A stretch of 64,000 bases of DNA from an uncultured Alphaproteobacteria bacterium (GTDB lineage: Bacteria; Pseudomonadota; Alphaproteobacteria; CAAGCB01; CAG-977): assembly GCA_944393745.1 (NCBI GenBank), contig CALYBD010000002.1, forward strand, positions 21,591 through 85,590, given 5' to 3'. Shown piece by piece: positions 37,342 through 46,816 of this stretch. How positions within the stretch are numbered: the first letter of the stretch is position 1; each line of letters starts with the position of its first letter. The position numbers and the translations under genes were made by a program. The notes beneath the pieces are model-generated. The model saw nothing but the letters and a program-made list of their open reading frames with translations. It was not told the origin of the DNA and ran no database searches.

Positions 37342-40170
37342 TTAAGGGAAGTGTTTTAACGTTTCAATGATTTTTGCCATTTTACTGCCGAAAGATCCTT
37401 TGACAAGTACAATATCGCCCGCTTTGATTTCGGCACGGATATTTTTGGCCAGTTCATCGGACGTCATTGCTTTTATTCCCTGCATCTGTTTTGGCAGAAT
37501 GTCAAACATAGCACTGCTGTTCGGTCCGACGGCGTAAACGCGTTCAACGCCATTTTCAATTAAATCGTCTGCCAGATTTTTATGAATGTTTTCCGTTTCA
37601 TCACCCAGTTCCAGCATATCGCCGATAATGGCAATTCTGCGGCCGCCGTCAGTCGGGGTCAGGCTGCCCAGAACGCGTATGGCCGCCTGCATGGATTCCG
37701 GATTGGCATTATAAGCTTCATCAATTAATGTAAACATGCCTTCAAGACAGGCAACCTGAAAACGTTGTCCGCGCCCTTTTAAAGGAAACAACTGCCCCAG
37801 CGCCTGCAAAACATCGGGCATGTTAACGTTTAAAGCTTTTAAAATGCCGATGACGCCCAGGCTGTTTTGAATCTGGTGTCGTCCGGGCAGTCGGAGGGTG
37901 TAGGTATATGTTTGTTCGCCGGCTTTTGCAGTGACTTCGGATCCTTCCGTCGTTTGCGAAACGTTCAGCAAAGAAATATCGTCGCCGGCCGTTGCGCCGA
38001 AAGAACGAATATCTGTCAGGCCGTTTTTCTGCGCTTCTTTTTTCAGCAAAGAAAACTGGCTGTCATCGGCATTTAAAAAGACAATGCCGTCTTTTGACAT
38101 TCCCGTGAAAATTTCCGCTTTGGCGTGCGCGGTGTCTTCCAGCGTTTTGAAAAATTCCCGGTGAGCCGAGCCGATCATCGTGATAACAACAATGTCCGGC
38201 TGTGCCAGGCGGGCCAGTTCCGTCATTTCGCCGGTATGGTTCATCCCCATTTCAATGACGGCAAAATCAGCGTCGGCCGGCAAACGCGCCAATGTCAGCG
38301 GCATGCCGATGTTGTTATTCAGATTGCCGATCGTCGTATGGGTTTTCCCTGCGGCGCTCAGGGCGGTTTTCAGCATTTCTTTCGTGCTGGTTTTTCCGGA
38401 ACTGCCCGTTACGCCGATGATTTTGGCTTTGCCGCGTCGACGGGCATGAAGAGCCATGGCCTCCAATGCCTTTAAAACATCATCAACGACAATAACCTGT
38501 TCAGGGGAAACGTCTGCGGGAATATAGGAAACCAGAACACCGGCAGCCCCTTTTTCAATCGCTGCGGCGGCGTAGTCGTGTCCGTCTGTTTTTTCCCCTT
38601 TAAGCGCAACGAATAAATCCCCTTTTTTTAAGGTGCGCGTATCGATGGAAATACCGAAAATATCAAAATTTTCAGCCGCTTTGCCGTTTGTGATCGCCGC
38701 AATTTCCGCCGCCGTCCATAAAGGAGCGTCCGCTTCGTCAATGGCCTTGCGGGCTTCTTCCCGATCATCAAAGGGGTGCATGACGCCTTTGATCAGTTGG
38801 CCGGTTTCGTGGCCTTTGCCGGCAATGACCAGAATGTCGCCTTCTTCCAGTCCGGCGACGGCCGTTCTGATCGCCAAAGCGCGGCTGCCGATATCAATTC
38901 CTTTCGGGCAGGCGGGCAGAATGGCGGAACGGATTAAAACGGGATCTTCGCTGCGGGGATTGTCGTCGGTGACGTAAACAACGTCTGCCAGTTCATTACA
39001 GACCGCCCCCATCTGCGGGCGTTTGCCGGGATCGCGGTCGCCGCCGCAACCGAATACAACGTGCAGGCGCTTTTCCGTATGCGGGCGCAACGCCTTTAGT
39101 ACGGTTTCCAAAGCGTCCGGCGTATGAGCATAATCGACATAAACCGATGCGCCGTTCCTGCGTTCGCCGACAAATTCCAGTCGTCCGGGCGCGCCTTTTA
39201 ATTCCGATAAAGCGGCAGCGGCCTGTTCGGCGTCTTCTCCAGCGGCAATCACCAGCCCCAAAGCGCACAGCGCATTCATTGCCTGGAATGTACCGGCTAA
39301 AGGCAAGCGGACGGTTTGTTCGCGTCCGTTAATTTCAAGTTGCAGCATTTGGCCGTTGGTGTCCGTTCGGTTTTCTTTTAATTTCAATACGGCGGCATTT
39401 TTGCCGTAGTCGATAATTTTTAATCCTTTGGAACGACAGTAATCGGCAATTTGTTCATATTCGGCAATGTCGGCATTCAGGACAACCGTTTGTGACAACA
39501 GCGGCCGATCAAACAGTTTTAATTTGGCGTTCAGGTAATTTTCCATTGTGCCGTGATAATCCAGGTGATCACGCGTAATGTTGGTAAAAGCGGCCGCTGT
39601 CAGGGAAATACCGTCAATGCGGTGCTGTTCCAGACCGTGGGAAGACGCTTCGATCGCCGTATGTTGGTATCCTTGTTTTGCCAGATTCTGTAATTCCTGA
39701 TGCAAAGTAACGGAATCGGGCGTGGTCAGAGAACCGTAAGCGGCAAAATCGTTTGTCAGAACGCCCAATGTTCCGATGCAGGCAGCTTTTTTACCCAGAA
39801 ATTCCCAGATCTGGCGGGTAAAATTTGCCGTTGACGTTTTGCCGTTCGTTCCCGTGACGGCAACGACCGTGTCCGGTTGAGGCGCATAAAAAACAGCAGC
39901 CATCTTTGCCAAAGTCAAACGAACGTCATCGGCAAAAATACCGATCATCGGCAGATCCGGAACGAAGGCCGTTTTCGGAAAGACGGCGGCAACGGCACCT
40001 TTTTCATAAGCGTCCTGCAAAAAATCCGTTCCGTTTGTTTTGGAACCGGGCAGGGCGGCAAACAAAAACCCTTTTTCTACTTTTCTGGAATCGGACGTAA
40101 TGCCGGTAATTTCAACGTCTCCGGCAACCGCGGGAAAACCGCAGGCTGCTAAAATCTGATCTAAAAACAC
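37342..40170 (-). CDS. murEF: Bifunctional MurE-MurF fusion (UDP-MurNAc-L-Ala-D-Glu:mDAP ligase fused to UDP-MurNAc-tripeptide:D-Ala-D-Ala ligase)
   Basis: 942 aa with two complete Mur-ligase modules. The N-terminal module carries P-loop VAVTGTNGKTSTANF and the MurE-type DNPR motif (YVTDDNPRSEDP). The C-terminal module carries a second P-loop IGVTGSSGKTSTKEM and MurF-like catalytic and C-terminal domains. There is no stop or frameshift between the halves. Confidence 0.85.
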   Translation of the reverse strand: MFLDQILAACGFPAVAGDVEITGITSDSRKVEKGFLFAALPGSKTNGTDFLQDAYEKGAVAAVFPKTAFVPDLPMIGIFADDVRLTLAKMAAVFYAPQPDTVVAVTGTNGKTSTANFTRQIWEFLGKKAACIGTLGVLTNDFAAYGSLTTPDSVTLHQELQNLAKQGYQHTAIEASSHGLEQHRIDGISLTAAAFTNITRDHLDYHGTMENYLNAKLKLFDRPLLSQTVVLNADIAEYEQIADYCRSKGLKIIDYGKNAAVLKLKENRTDTNGQMLQLEINGREQTVRLPLAGTFQAMNALCALGLVIAAGEDAEQAAAALSELKGAPGRLEFVGERRNGASVYVDYAHTPDALETVLKALRPHTEKRLHVVFGCGGDRDPGKRPQMGAVCNELADVVYVTDDNPRSEDPVLIRSAILPACPKGIDIGSRALAIRTAVAGLEEGDILVIAGKGHETGQLIKGVMHPFDDREEARKAIDEADAPLWTAAEIAAITNGKAAENFDIFGISIDTRTLKKGDLFVALKGEKTDGHDYAAAAIEKGAAGVLVSYIPADVSPEQVIVVDDVLKALEAMALHARRRGKAKIIGVTGSSGKTSTKEMLKTALSAAGKTHTTIGNLNNNIGMPLTLARLPADADFAVIEMGMNHTGEMTELARLAQPDIVVITMIGSAHREFFKTLEDTAHAKAEIFTGMSKDGIVFLNADDSQFSLLKKEAQKNGLTDIRSFGATAGDDISLLNVSQTTEGSEVTAKAGEQTYTYTLRLPGRHQIQNSLGVIGILKALNVNMPDVLQALGQLFPLKGRGQRFQVACLEGMFTLIDEAYNANPESMQAAIRVLGSLTPTDGGRRIAIIGDMLELGDETENIHKNLADDLIENGVERVYAVGPNSSAMFDILPKQMQGIKAMTSDELAKNIRAEIKAGDIVLVKGSFGSKMAKIIETLKHFP

Positions 40171-40185
40171 AGGATTAATCCTCCC

Positions 40186-41922
40186 TTAACGCGCGTTCAA
40201 AGCTGCCTTTACATACGGAGCGGCCTGTTTTGATTCGTACGGTCTGGGGGTTATTCCCAGTTGAGGCGCTACGGTCGCTATAATTTTTTCCGCCGTCGGA
40301 ACGACATTCCAGGCTGCCGTATTTAAGTTATACGTTTCTTTGGTTCCTTTGGGCGCGTCCAGCATCACCATTAAAACGTACTGCGGATTGTCCATGGGAA
40401 AGGCGGAAACGAACGATGTGCGCAGTTTGTTTTCGGCATAGCGCCCGTTGACAAGCTTTTGCGCAGAACCTGTTTTGCCGCCGACTTCATAGCCGGGAAC
40501 GTTGGCTCTGCGTCCGGATCCTTCCGTGACAACCAGACGCATAATACCGCGCATTATGTCAGATGTCTTCTTAGAAATGATTCTTTTTCCGATTATTTCG
40601 TCTCCGGGGCGTTTTGATACCAAAGAAGGCGGATTGTATATTCCCCCGTTGACCAAAGCCGCCGTCGCGGCCGCGATATGAATCGGAGTTAATGCCACAC
40701 CGTAACCGTAACCGGCCGTGGCCGTGTTGACTTCACGCCATTTGGTCGGTAAAAGGGGGTGCCCTTTTTCGGGCAGTTCAATGTCGGCCGTTTCAAAAAA
40801 ACCGAATCGGCGGAAAAATTCCTGCTGTTTGTCCGGGCCGACGGCCAAAGCGACTTTTGCCGCACCGATGTTTGAAGAATGAATTAAAATTTCCGGAATT
40901 GTAACCACCCGGCGCAGTTTGGGGATATCGTTTATGGTATAATTTGCCAGCACAACGGGGTGTGAAGCGTCGATTTTATCTTCGATCGTAATCTTTTTTG
41001 TTTCCAAGCCGATGGCGATGTTAAACAGCTTCATAATCGAACCGACTTCGTAAACGCCCAGAGAAACCGTATTGAACAGATTTTTTTTCCGGGAATTTTG
41101 CAGATTGTTCGGATCGTAATCGGGCAAAGAAACCATTGAAATAATTTCGCCGGTTTTTGCGTTCATCAAAACGGCGGCGGCGCCTTCGGCCTGAAATTTC
41201 TCAAGACTTTGCATTAAAACGGAACGTACGGAATCCTGAACGCCTATGTCCAAAGACAAACGGACGGTTTCTTTTTTGCCGGACAGTTTTTTGTTAAAAG
41301 TTTTTTCGATGCCGGCAATACCTTTGTTATCGACATCGGTCGCGCCGATAATGTGCGAAGCCAAGGATCCTTGCGGATAAACGCGCGTTTCCGTCATCTG
41401 AAAATTCAGTTGAGGAAATCCCAAACGGTTAACATCATATTGTTCTTTCGGAGTCAGATTGCGCTTGATGTAAACAAAGCTTTTTTTGCTTTTCAGCTTT
41501 TTCAATAAAGATTTGTATTCCAAATCTGGCAGAGTCTGTACTAAAGCCGCGGCAATGATTTCCGGATTTTTGATTTTTTCCGGATTGACGTACAGATCGG
41601 CGGAAGGCAGACTGGTGGCCAGTAAAACACCGTTGCGGTCGACAATGTCGGCGCGGTTCATTTTGATTTCCAGAGCATACGTTTTCGGCGTATGATGTTT
41701 CAAGGGTTCTTTGACAGAAGCATTAAACAGCGTCACATTGACCAGACGGACGCCAATCACACAAAAAGCGCAGAAAAATAAAAACATGGTGCACAGCAGC
41801 CTGTTTTTTCCGCTTTCCAGACTGTCAGAGCTTTTTTTATCAGCCGGACTGAACCGGCCGGGCAGGGGAATTTCCAGCCCGGGTTTGTAAAATATTCCGC
41901 TTTTTTTGAAAAGACGGAACAT
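40186..41922 (-). CDS. ftsI: Peptidoglycan D,D-transpeptidase FtsI (PBP3)
   Basis: N-terminal TM anchor; transpeptidase motifs SxxK (SIMK), SxN (HSSN), KTGT (GKTGSAQ); 578 aa. Confidence 0.9.
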   Translation of the reverse strand: MFRLFKKSGIFYKPGLEIPLPGRFSPADKKSSDSLESGKNRLLCTMFLFFCAFCVIGVRLVNVTLFNASVKEPLKHHTPKTYALEIKMNRADIVDRNGVLLATSLPSADLYVNPEKIKNPEIIAAALVQTLPDLEYKSLLKKLKSKKSFVYIKRNLTPKEQYDVNRLGFPQLNFQMTETRVYPQGSLASHIIGATDVDNKGIAGIEKTFNKKLSGKKETVRLSLDIGVQDSVRSVLMQSLEKFQAEGAAAVLMNAKTGEIISMVSLPDYDPNNLQNSRKKNLFNTVSLGVYEVGSIMKLFNIAIGLETKKITIEDKIDASHPVVLANYTINDIPKLRRVVTIPEILIHSSNIGAAKVALAVGPDKQQEFFRRFGFFETADIELPEKGHPLLPTKWREVNTATAGYGYGVALTPIHIAAATAALVNGGIYNPPSLVSKRPGDEIIGKRIISKKTSDIMRGIMRLVVTEGSGRRANVPGYEVGGKTGSAQKLVNGRYAENKLRTSFVSAFPMDNPQYVLMVMLDAPKGTKETYNLNTAAWNVVPTAEKIIATVAPQLGITPRPYESKQAAPYVKAALNAR

Positions 41923-41927
41923 CGGCG

Positions 41928-42254
41928 TTACTCCTGCACCGCGGCGGCAAAAGACACCCGAATGAAACCTTTGTCTTCCGCAGGCGCCTTTTTAAACGGA
42001 ATGGCGGAAAAGGAAATAATTTGTTCTGCACGCAGGGGCTTCATGCGGGCGTGGCGCGAAGACAATAAACGAATCCGTGCCGGATCATTCAGATAGGTCC
42101 ATTCAGCTTTTAAAACGTGCAGCGCTTTTTGATCTTCTTTTATGCGCATATTAATTTGTTCCAGTTCGTTTTCCAAAGTAATAACTTTGTTTTTGATCAC
42201 GAACATACCTGTGGCCATGGCGGCAAAAATAACAATCAAAGCTAAACGTGCCAT
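41928..42254 (-). CDS. ftsL: Cell division protein FtsL
   Basis: 108 aa bitopic protein (TM LALIVIFAAMATGMFVI then coiled coil), located between rsmH and ftsI. Confidence 0.75.
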   Translation of the reverse strand: MARLALIVIFAAMATGMFVIKNKVITLENELEQINMRIKEDQKALHVLKAEWTYLNDPARIRLLSSRHARMKPLRAEQIISFSAIPFKKAPAEDKGFIRVSFAAAVQE

Positions 42255-42263
42255 AAAAATCTC

Positions 42264-43189
42264 CTATAAGCGTTCTGCCGATCTGAGACGGGCGGAACGA
42301 GATCTGGGATTTCTTTGGCATTCTTCTGCAGAAGGAAAAATCGGTTTTTTTGTTAACGGTTTCAGGGTGGCCGGCCTGTCCTGCCGTTCGGGCAGATAAC
42401 GGGACGGATGGGCGGTCTTGCCGCTTTTTTCCTGAATAAAGTTTTTGACGATTCTGTCTTCTAAAGAATGGAAAGAAACAACAGCCATTCTTCCGCCTTT
42501 TTTAAGGAGCGCTTCGGCTCCCGACAAACCGGAACGAAGCTGTTCCAGTTCGTCGTTGACGTAAATGCGCAAAGCCTGAAATGTCCGTGTTGCCGGATCA
42601 ATATCGTCCTTTTTGCGGACAATGACCGACCGGATAACATCAGCCAGATCAAGCGTTGTTGTAAACGGGCGTTCCCTGCGCCGGGCAACGATCGCTGCGG
42701 CAATGCGCCGCGAAAAGCGTTCTTCGCCGTATTGGTAAATGATGTCGGCGATTTCCTTTTCGCCGTATTTGTTGACGACATCGGCGGCGGATAGGCCGTT
42801 TTGGCTCATACGCATATCCAAAGCGCCGTCTTTTTGAAACGAAAATCCCCGTTCGGCACGGTCAATCTGCATGGAAGATACGCCGATATCCATCATGACG
42901 CCGTCAACGTATTCTATTCCTTCGGTTTTTAATATTTCTTTGATATGTCCGAACGTGCCGAACAATAATTTTAATCGGCCGGCATAATGTTCTGCCAGAC
43001 TTTGCCCTTCGGCAATCGCATCGGGATCGCGGTCAATCGCGTAAACCGTACAGTCGGCTGCGTCCAAAACGGCACGGGAATATCCTCCGGCGCCGAATGT
43101 GGCATCAACGTAAATGCCGCCGTCACAAGGACTGATTTGTGCCATGACTTCCGAAAGCAAAACAGGAATATGGGGCGCTTTTGTCATGA
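42264..43189 (-). CDS. rsmH: 16S rRNA (cytosine1402-N4)-methyltransferase RsmH (MraW)
   Basis: HIPVLL start region, SAM motif DATFGAGGYS, FHSLEDR motif. The likely true start, MTKAPHIPVLL at 43189, overlaps the mraZ stop; the longer ORF extends to 43277. Confidence 0.9.
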
Positions 43190-43660
43190 ATCCCCCCTGT
43201 TTTTGATGCTGAAATGCTTTTCCACGGCATTTTTGCGCATATCTGCTTCTTTGGCCTGATACGTATCGGGATTCCATATCTGAAATGTGCGTCCTTTGCC
43301 CACAAACAGCGCTTTGTCCGTAATGCCGGCGTGTTTTAACAGTTTTTCGGTTAAAACAATTCGGCCGGTCGAATCAAAGGGAAATTCTTTGGCATCAGAA
43401 AAAATCAGTCCGGTCAGATCGTCTTGTTCGTTTGAAAAAGCGTCAAACGAATTGTCAATATCATTGGCCATTTTTTCCATCATTTCCGACGTGCGGCATT
43501 CAATGCAAGGTAACGTAAACGATCTGAAAGCAACCAATTCCGTTTCCTGCTGATCCAGCAAAGCCCGATAGTCGGCCGGAACGGATACGCGTCCTTTGGC
43601 GTCCACCTTGTTAACGGTGGTGTCCAGAAAAAGAGTGTACTTTCTCTGAAGCTTGGCCAT
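43184..43660 (-). CDS. mraZ: Transcriptional regulator MraZ
   Basis: Tandem MraZ/SpoVT-AbrB-type repeats (DAKGRVSVPADYR and DSTGRIVLTEKLLKHAGI); 158 aa; first gene of the dcw operon. Confidence 0.9.
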   Translation of the reverse strand: MAKLQRKYTLFLDTTVNKVDAKGRVSVPADYRALLDQQETELVAFRSFTLPCIECRTSEMMEKMANDIDNSFDAFSNEQDDLTGLIFSDAKEFPFDSTGRIVLTEKLLKHAGITDKALFVGKGRTFQIWNPDTYQAKEADMRKNAVEKHFSIKNRGDS

Positions 43661-43713
43661 ACGTATCCTTCCTTTCCTTTTTGTTATTCGTGCACGTTCT
43701 GTGCACTAGGCAA

Positions 43714-43792
43714 AATTTGCCCTGTGGATTCTTATGGGATAGCATGGGATTTTATGGTAGTCAATGGGAATAAAAAGGGGTTTTTATGGGAA
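43714..43792. promoter_or_regulatory. Array of ~8 TGGGA-type pentamers phased at exactly 10 bp, 55-130 bp upstream of mraZ (candidate MraZ operator)
   Basis: TGGAT 43714, TGGGA 43725, TGGGA 43735, TGGTA 43745, TGGGA 43755, AGGGG 43766, TGGGA 43777, TGGGG 43787. Confidence 0.5.
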
Positions 43793-44051
43793 TATATGGG
43801 GAACGAAGTGTTCTTTTAACAACATATTGTGTCATTTGAAGGGTATAAGGGGTATATTTGGGAATATAACGAGAAGATAAAAAAAATTGTTTTTACGCCA
43901 TAAGTAAACGATGGCGACAAACGACTCTGAAAAGTACCTGTTTTGTTCTCGGGTTCGGCAGAAAAAAAGAATCGATAAAGATCAGGCGTTTTTTTAACCC
44001 TTTGATTTTTAACAGATTAAAAACCGAATCGATTCGCGGAAAAAAGATTTT

Positions 44052-44424
44052 TTAGTGCCGGAGGATCTGTAAGCCGGGTTCTGTAATCGGCGATCATTCA
44101 TCTGCGGCGTTTGTTGCCAAACGTCTGTAGCGACCTACCTCTGGCGGGGGCGGAAACACCCCGCGATACGAAACTCGTATACCTCACTTGGTCTTGCTTC
44201 CGATAGGGCTTGCCGTGCCTTTTCCGTTACCGGAAAAGCGGTGCGCTCTTACCGCACCATTTCAACCTTGCCTGTCCGAAGACATCGGCGGAATTTTTTC
44301 TGCTGCGCTTTCCCTTGGGTCTCCCCAGCCGGACGTTATCCGGTATCGTGTTTCCGTGAAGCCCGGACTTTCCTCAATATGAACTAGTCATACAGCGACC
44401 GCCCGATCTTCCGGCACCGCTGGG
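44052..44424 (-). ncRNA. rnpB: RNase P RNA (bacterial type A)
   Basis: The minus strand contains the universal P4 strand AGGAAAGTCCGGGCTTC, the conserved GGTGCGGTAAGAGCGCACC block, and 3' ...AGATGAATGA...ACAGAACCCGGCTTACAG. P1 pairing runs GTGCCGGAAGATCGG / CAGATCCTCCGGCAC. Ends are approximate, within about 10 nt. Confidence 0.85.
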
Positions 44425-44449
44425 ACGGTACGGGGAAACAGGGATAAAG

Positions 44450-45250
44450 TCAATAAAAGATTTCTTTTAACGCGACGGCTATGCCGTTGTCATCGTTTGA
44501 CAGAGTGACTTGATCGGCGTGACGTTTGACGTCATCGGGCGCGTTGGCCATGGCAATGCCGATCCCCGCGTATTCCAGCATGTCAATATCATTATATCCG
44601 TCACCGAACGCAATCGTCTGTGCCGTATCAATGCCGCAGCGCCGGCATAAAAAGTCCAGTCCGGCGGCTTTATTGACGCCTTTGGCGACAATTTCCAGAA
44701 TATAGTTTTGGGATTTGTATAAATCATATTGGAGCAAAATGGGGGCCAGGCGTTCGGCCAGCTCAGAGGTGTTTTCGGGCGTGCCGACACAAATGATTTT
44801 TAAAATCGGCGTTTCAGCCTTAACAGTACTTTTAAATGAACCGATCAGCGGGTTTGTCGGCATGACGTAACATTCTTTTTGTACAATATCCGTAAATTCA
44901 TCGGCGACCCAATCCTGTCCGGCATAAACGATTGTTTCGATCTGCGGATTGATTTCCCGGACGATTTTTTTGATCAGAGGAACGTCTTGAGACAACAACG
45001 TTTTTTGACGAATCAACAGGCCTGTTTCATCGTATATTTCCGCGCCGTTGCAAGGCAGAATGAAAACAGGCAGACCGAACGCATCGGCAACGGGGCGTAT
45101 GCCTGCCATGCCGCGTCCGGAAGCCAAAGCGAAACGGATTTTTTTTTCTTGATAAAGACGGCGGGAAATTCTGATTGTTTCAGGCGGAATCTGTTTTTGT
45201 GAATTTAAAAAGGTTCCGTCAATATCGGACATAATCAATCGGGCGGGCAT
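44450..45250 (-). CDS. Cof-type HAD-IIB family phosphatase
   Basis: Motif I DIDGTFL; motif III/IV GDGYNDIDML; 266 aa. Confidence 0.8.
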   Translation of the reverse strand: MPARLIMSDIDGTFLNSQKQIPPETIRISRRLYQEKKIRFALASGRGMAGIRPVADAFGLPVFILPCNGAEIYDETGLLIRQKTLLSQDVPLIKKIVREINPQIETIVYAGQDWVADEFTDIVQKECYVMPTNPLIGSFKSTVKAETPILKIICVGTPENTSELAERLAPILLQYDLYKSQNYILEIVAKGVNKAAGLDFLCRRCGIDTAQTIAFGDGYNDIDMLEYAGIGIAMANAPDDVKRHADQVTLSNDDNGIAVALKEIFY

Positions 45251-45253
45251 AGA

Positions 45254-46063
45254 TTATCCTTCGTGTAACAGTTTTTCGAGTATGAATCTCAGGCCTTCTT
45301 CGTCATTTGTCGGAGCGACCAGGTCTGCTGCCTGTTTGACGGGGGCAGGCGCGTTTCCCATGGCAACGCCCAGTCCGGCATATTCCAGTAAATCAATATC
45401 GTTAAAGTTATCACCGAAAGCAACGGTGTCTTTTGTGTCGATTTTTAAATACCGGCATAGAAAATCGGCTGCAGCGGCTTTAGAAGCTTCGGCAGACATA
45501 ATTTCCAAATATCTCGGCATGGATTTCAGGATCGTACAATGCGGAAATTCCCGGCGCAGGCAGGTTTGCAGCGCATCGGTCGTTTTTTCATCACCGAAAC
45601 ACAAAACCTTGTGTACGGGAGAATTTTTCTGCAATACGTCTTGTAACCGGCCGACCAGAGGGCGCATTTCGGTGGTTTCTTTTTCCAAATAAAGCGCCGC
45701 CGTTCCGTCGTCTTTTTCGGTGATCCACGAATCCGCGCTGAACGCATAACTGACAACGTTTGCGGAAAAAGAAGCAATCCTTTCCTTAAGCCGGACAGCC
45801 GTAATTAACGGCATCGGTTTATCCCACAGCGTTGTTCCGTTTTCGTCGCGTACCAACGCGCCGCTGTAAGAAATGAACGGCGCGGATAAATTAATTTTCT
45901 TTTGTATGTCAACAACGGAAGGCGGCATGCGTCCCGATACCAAAATAAACGGTATTCCCGCAGCGCAAAGCTGTAAAAGTGTTTCTTTCGTTTTCGGACG
46001 AACCTGCTGATTTGAATCCAGCAAAGTGCCGTCTATGTCACTGAAAACCAATTTATAACGAGT
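45254..46063 (-). CDS. Cof-type HAD-IIB family phosphatase (paralogue)
   Basis: Motif I SDIDGTLL; GDNFNDIDLL; likely start MTRYKLVF at 46063 (longer ORF to 46117). Confidence 0.75.
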   Translation of the reverse strand, partial: TRYKLVFSDIDGTLLDSNQQVRPKTKETLLQLCAAGIPFILVSGRMPPSVVDIQKKINLSAPFISYSGALVRDENGTTLWDKPMPLITAVRLKERIASFSANVVSYAFSADSWITEKDDGTAALYLEKETTEMRPLVGRLQDVLQKNSPVHKVLCFGDEKTTDALQTCLRREFPHCTILKSMPRYLEIMSAEASKAAAADFLCRYLKIDTKDTVAFGDNFNDIDLLEYAGLGVAMGNAPAPVKQAADLVAPTNDEEGLRFILEKLLHEG

Positions 46064-46742
46064 CATTGACGGGCTCCTTTTGTTCATACAGGCTGGAAAC
46101 GGCCGCCAGCCGTTCAATCGTTTTTTCCGCTTTGTCCAGCAAGGCTTCCGGGTAAAAATGACGCTGAAAAGCCGTTAAGGCTGCCAGTTCGTCTGTCGTA
46201 TCGTAACCGATTTCGGCCAACATTTTGCCGACGGGTTGACGGGGTACGGCAAAAGCCTCTGTCCATAAGCCGATACGGTTTTTCGCCAGCCGTTTCCAAG
46301 GGAACAGTTCGCCCGGATCGGATTTGCGCGCCGGGGCGACATCGCTGTGTCCCAAAACGTTTTGCGGCGCAATATTACGGCGTGTCATAATATCGCGGCA
46401 TAAATCAATAACGGAATCGATTTGTTCGTCCGTGAACGGGACATAGCCGAATTCATGGCCGGGATTAACCACTTCAATGCCGATTGACCGGCTGTTGACG
46501 TCCGGAATACCCCGCCATGAAGAAATTCCGGAATGCCAGGCGCGAAAATCTTCGTCAACCAGATTATAGATGTCTCCGTTTTCAAAAATCAGATAATGCG
46601 CACTGACGGCCGCGGCGGGATTGCACAGTCGGTCCAGCGCTTCCTGTCCGGTTTTCATACCGGTATAATGCAGCACGATCATATCAATCGGCGAATACCG
46701 TCCGTTAAAATTACCCGAAGGATAAACAAATACGGGGCGCAT
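46053..46742 (-). CDS. N-acetylmuramoyl-L-alanine amidase, AmpD/amidase_2 family, with C-terminal peptidoglycan-binding-like domain
   Basis: Amidase_2 zinc-site region IDMIVLHYTGM...AHYLI...WHSG; the C-terminal helical region resembles the PG_binding_1 domain. The likely start, MRPVFVYPSG at 46742, abuts an AT-rich promoter region. Confidence 0.75.
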   Translation of the reverse strand: MRPVFVYPSGNFNGRYSPIDMIVLHYTGMKTGQEALDRLCNPAAAVSAHYLIFENGDIYNLVDEDFRAWHSGISSWRGIPDVNSRSIGIEVVNPGHEFGYVPFTDEQIDSVIDLCRDIMTRRNIAPQNVLGHSDVAPARKSDPGELFPWKRLAKNRIGLWTEAFAVPRQPVGKMLAEIGYDTTDELAALTAFQRHFYPEALLDKAEKTIERLAAVSSLYEQKEPVNDSL

Positions 46743-46816
46743 AAAAAAATCCTTTTGTTTTTCAGTGGCAAAAGTTATTTTAAAATCGTTTTTTATTTTT
46801 TTAAACAGGTATTTAT

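Noticed and set aside
42264-43277. Extended N-terminus of rsmH (MESRYVSGQRSRYAQKC...) overlapping mraZ by ~90 nt
   Set aside because: The conserved RsmH sequence begins at the internal Met (MTKAPHIPVLL), which gives the classical 4-nt ATGA overlap with the mraZ stop. The extension is likely not translated.
44188-44382. 64 aa + strand ORF
   Set aside because: It lies entirely within the minus-strand RNase P RNA gene, so it is an artefact of GC-rich structured RNA.
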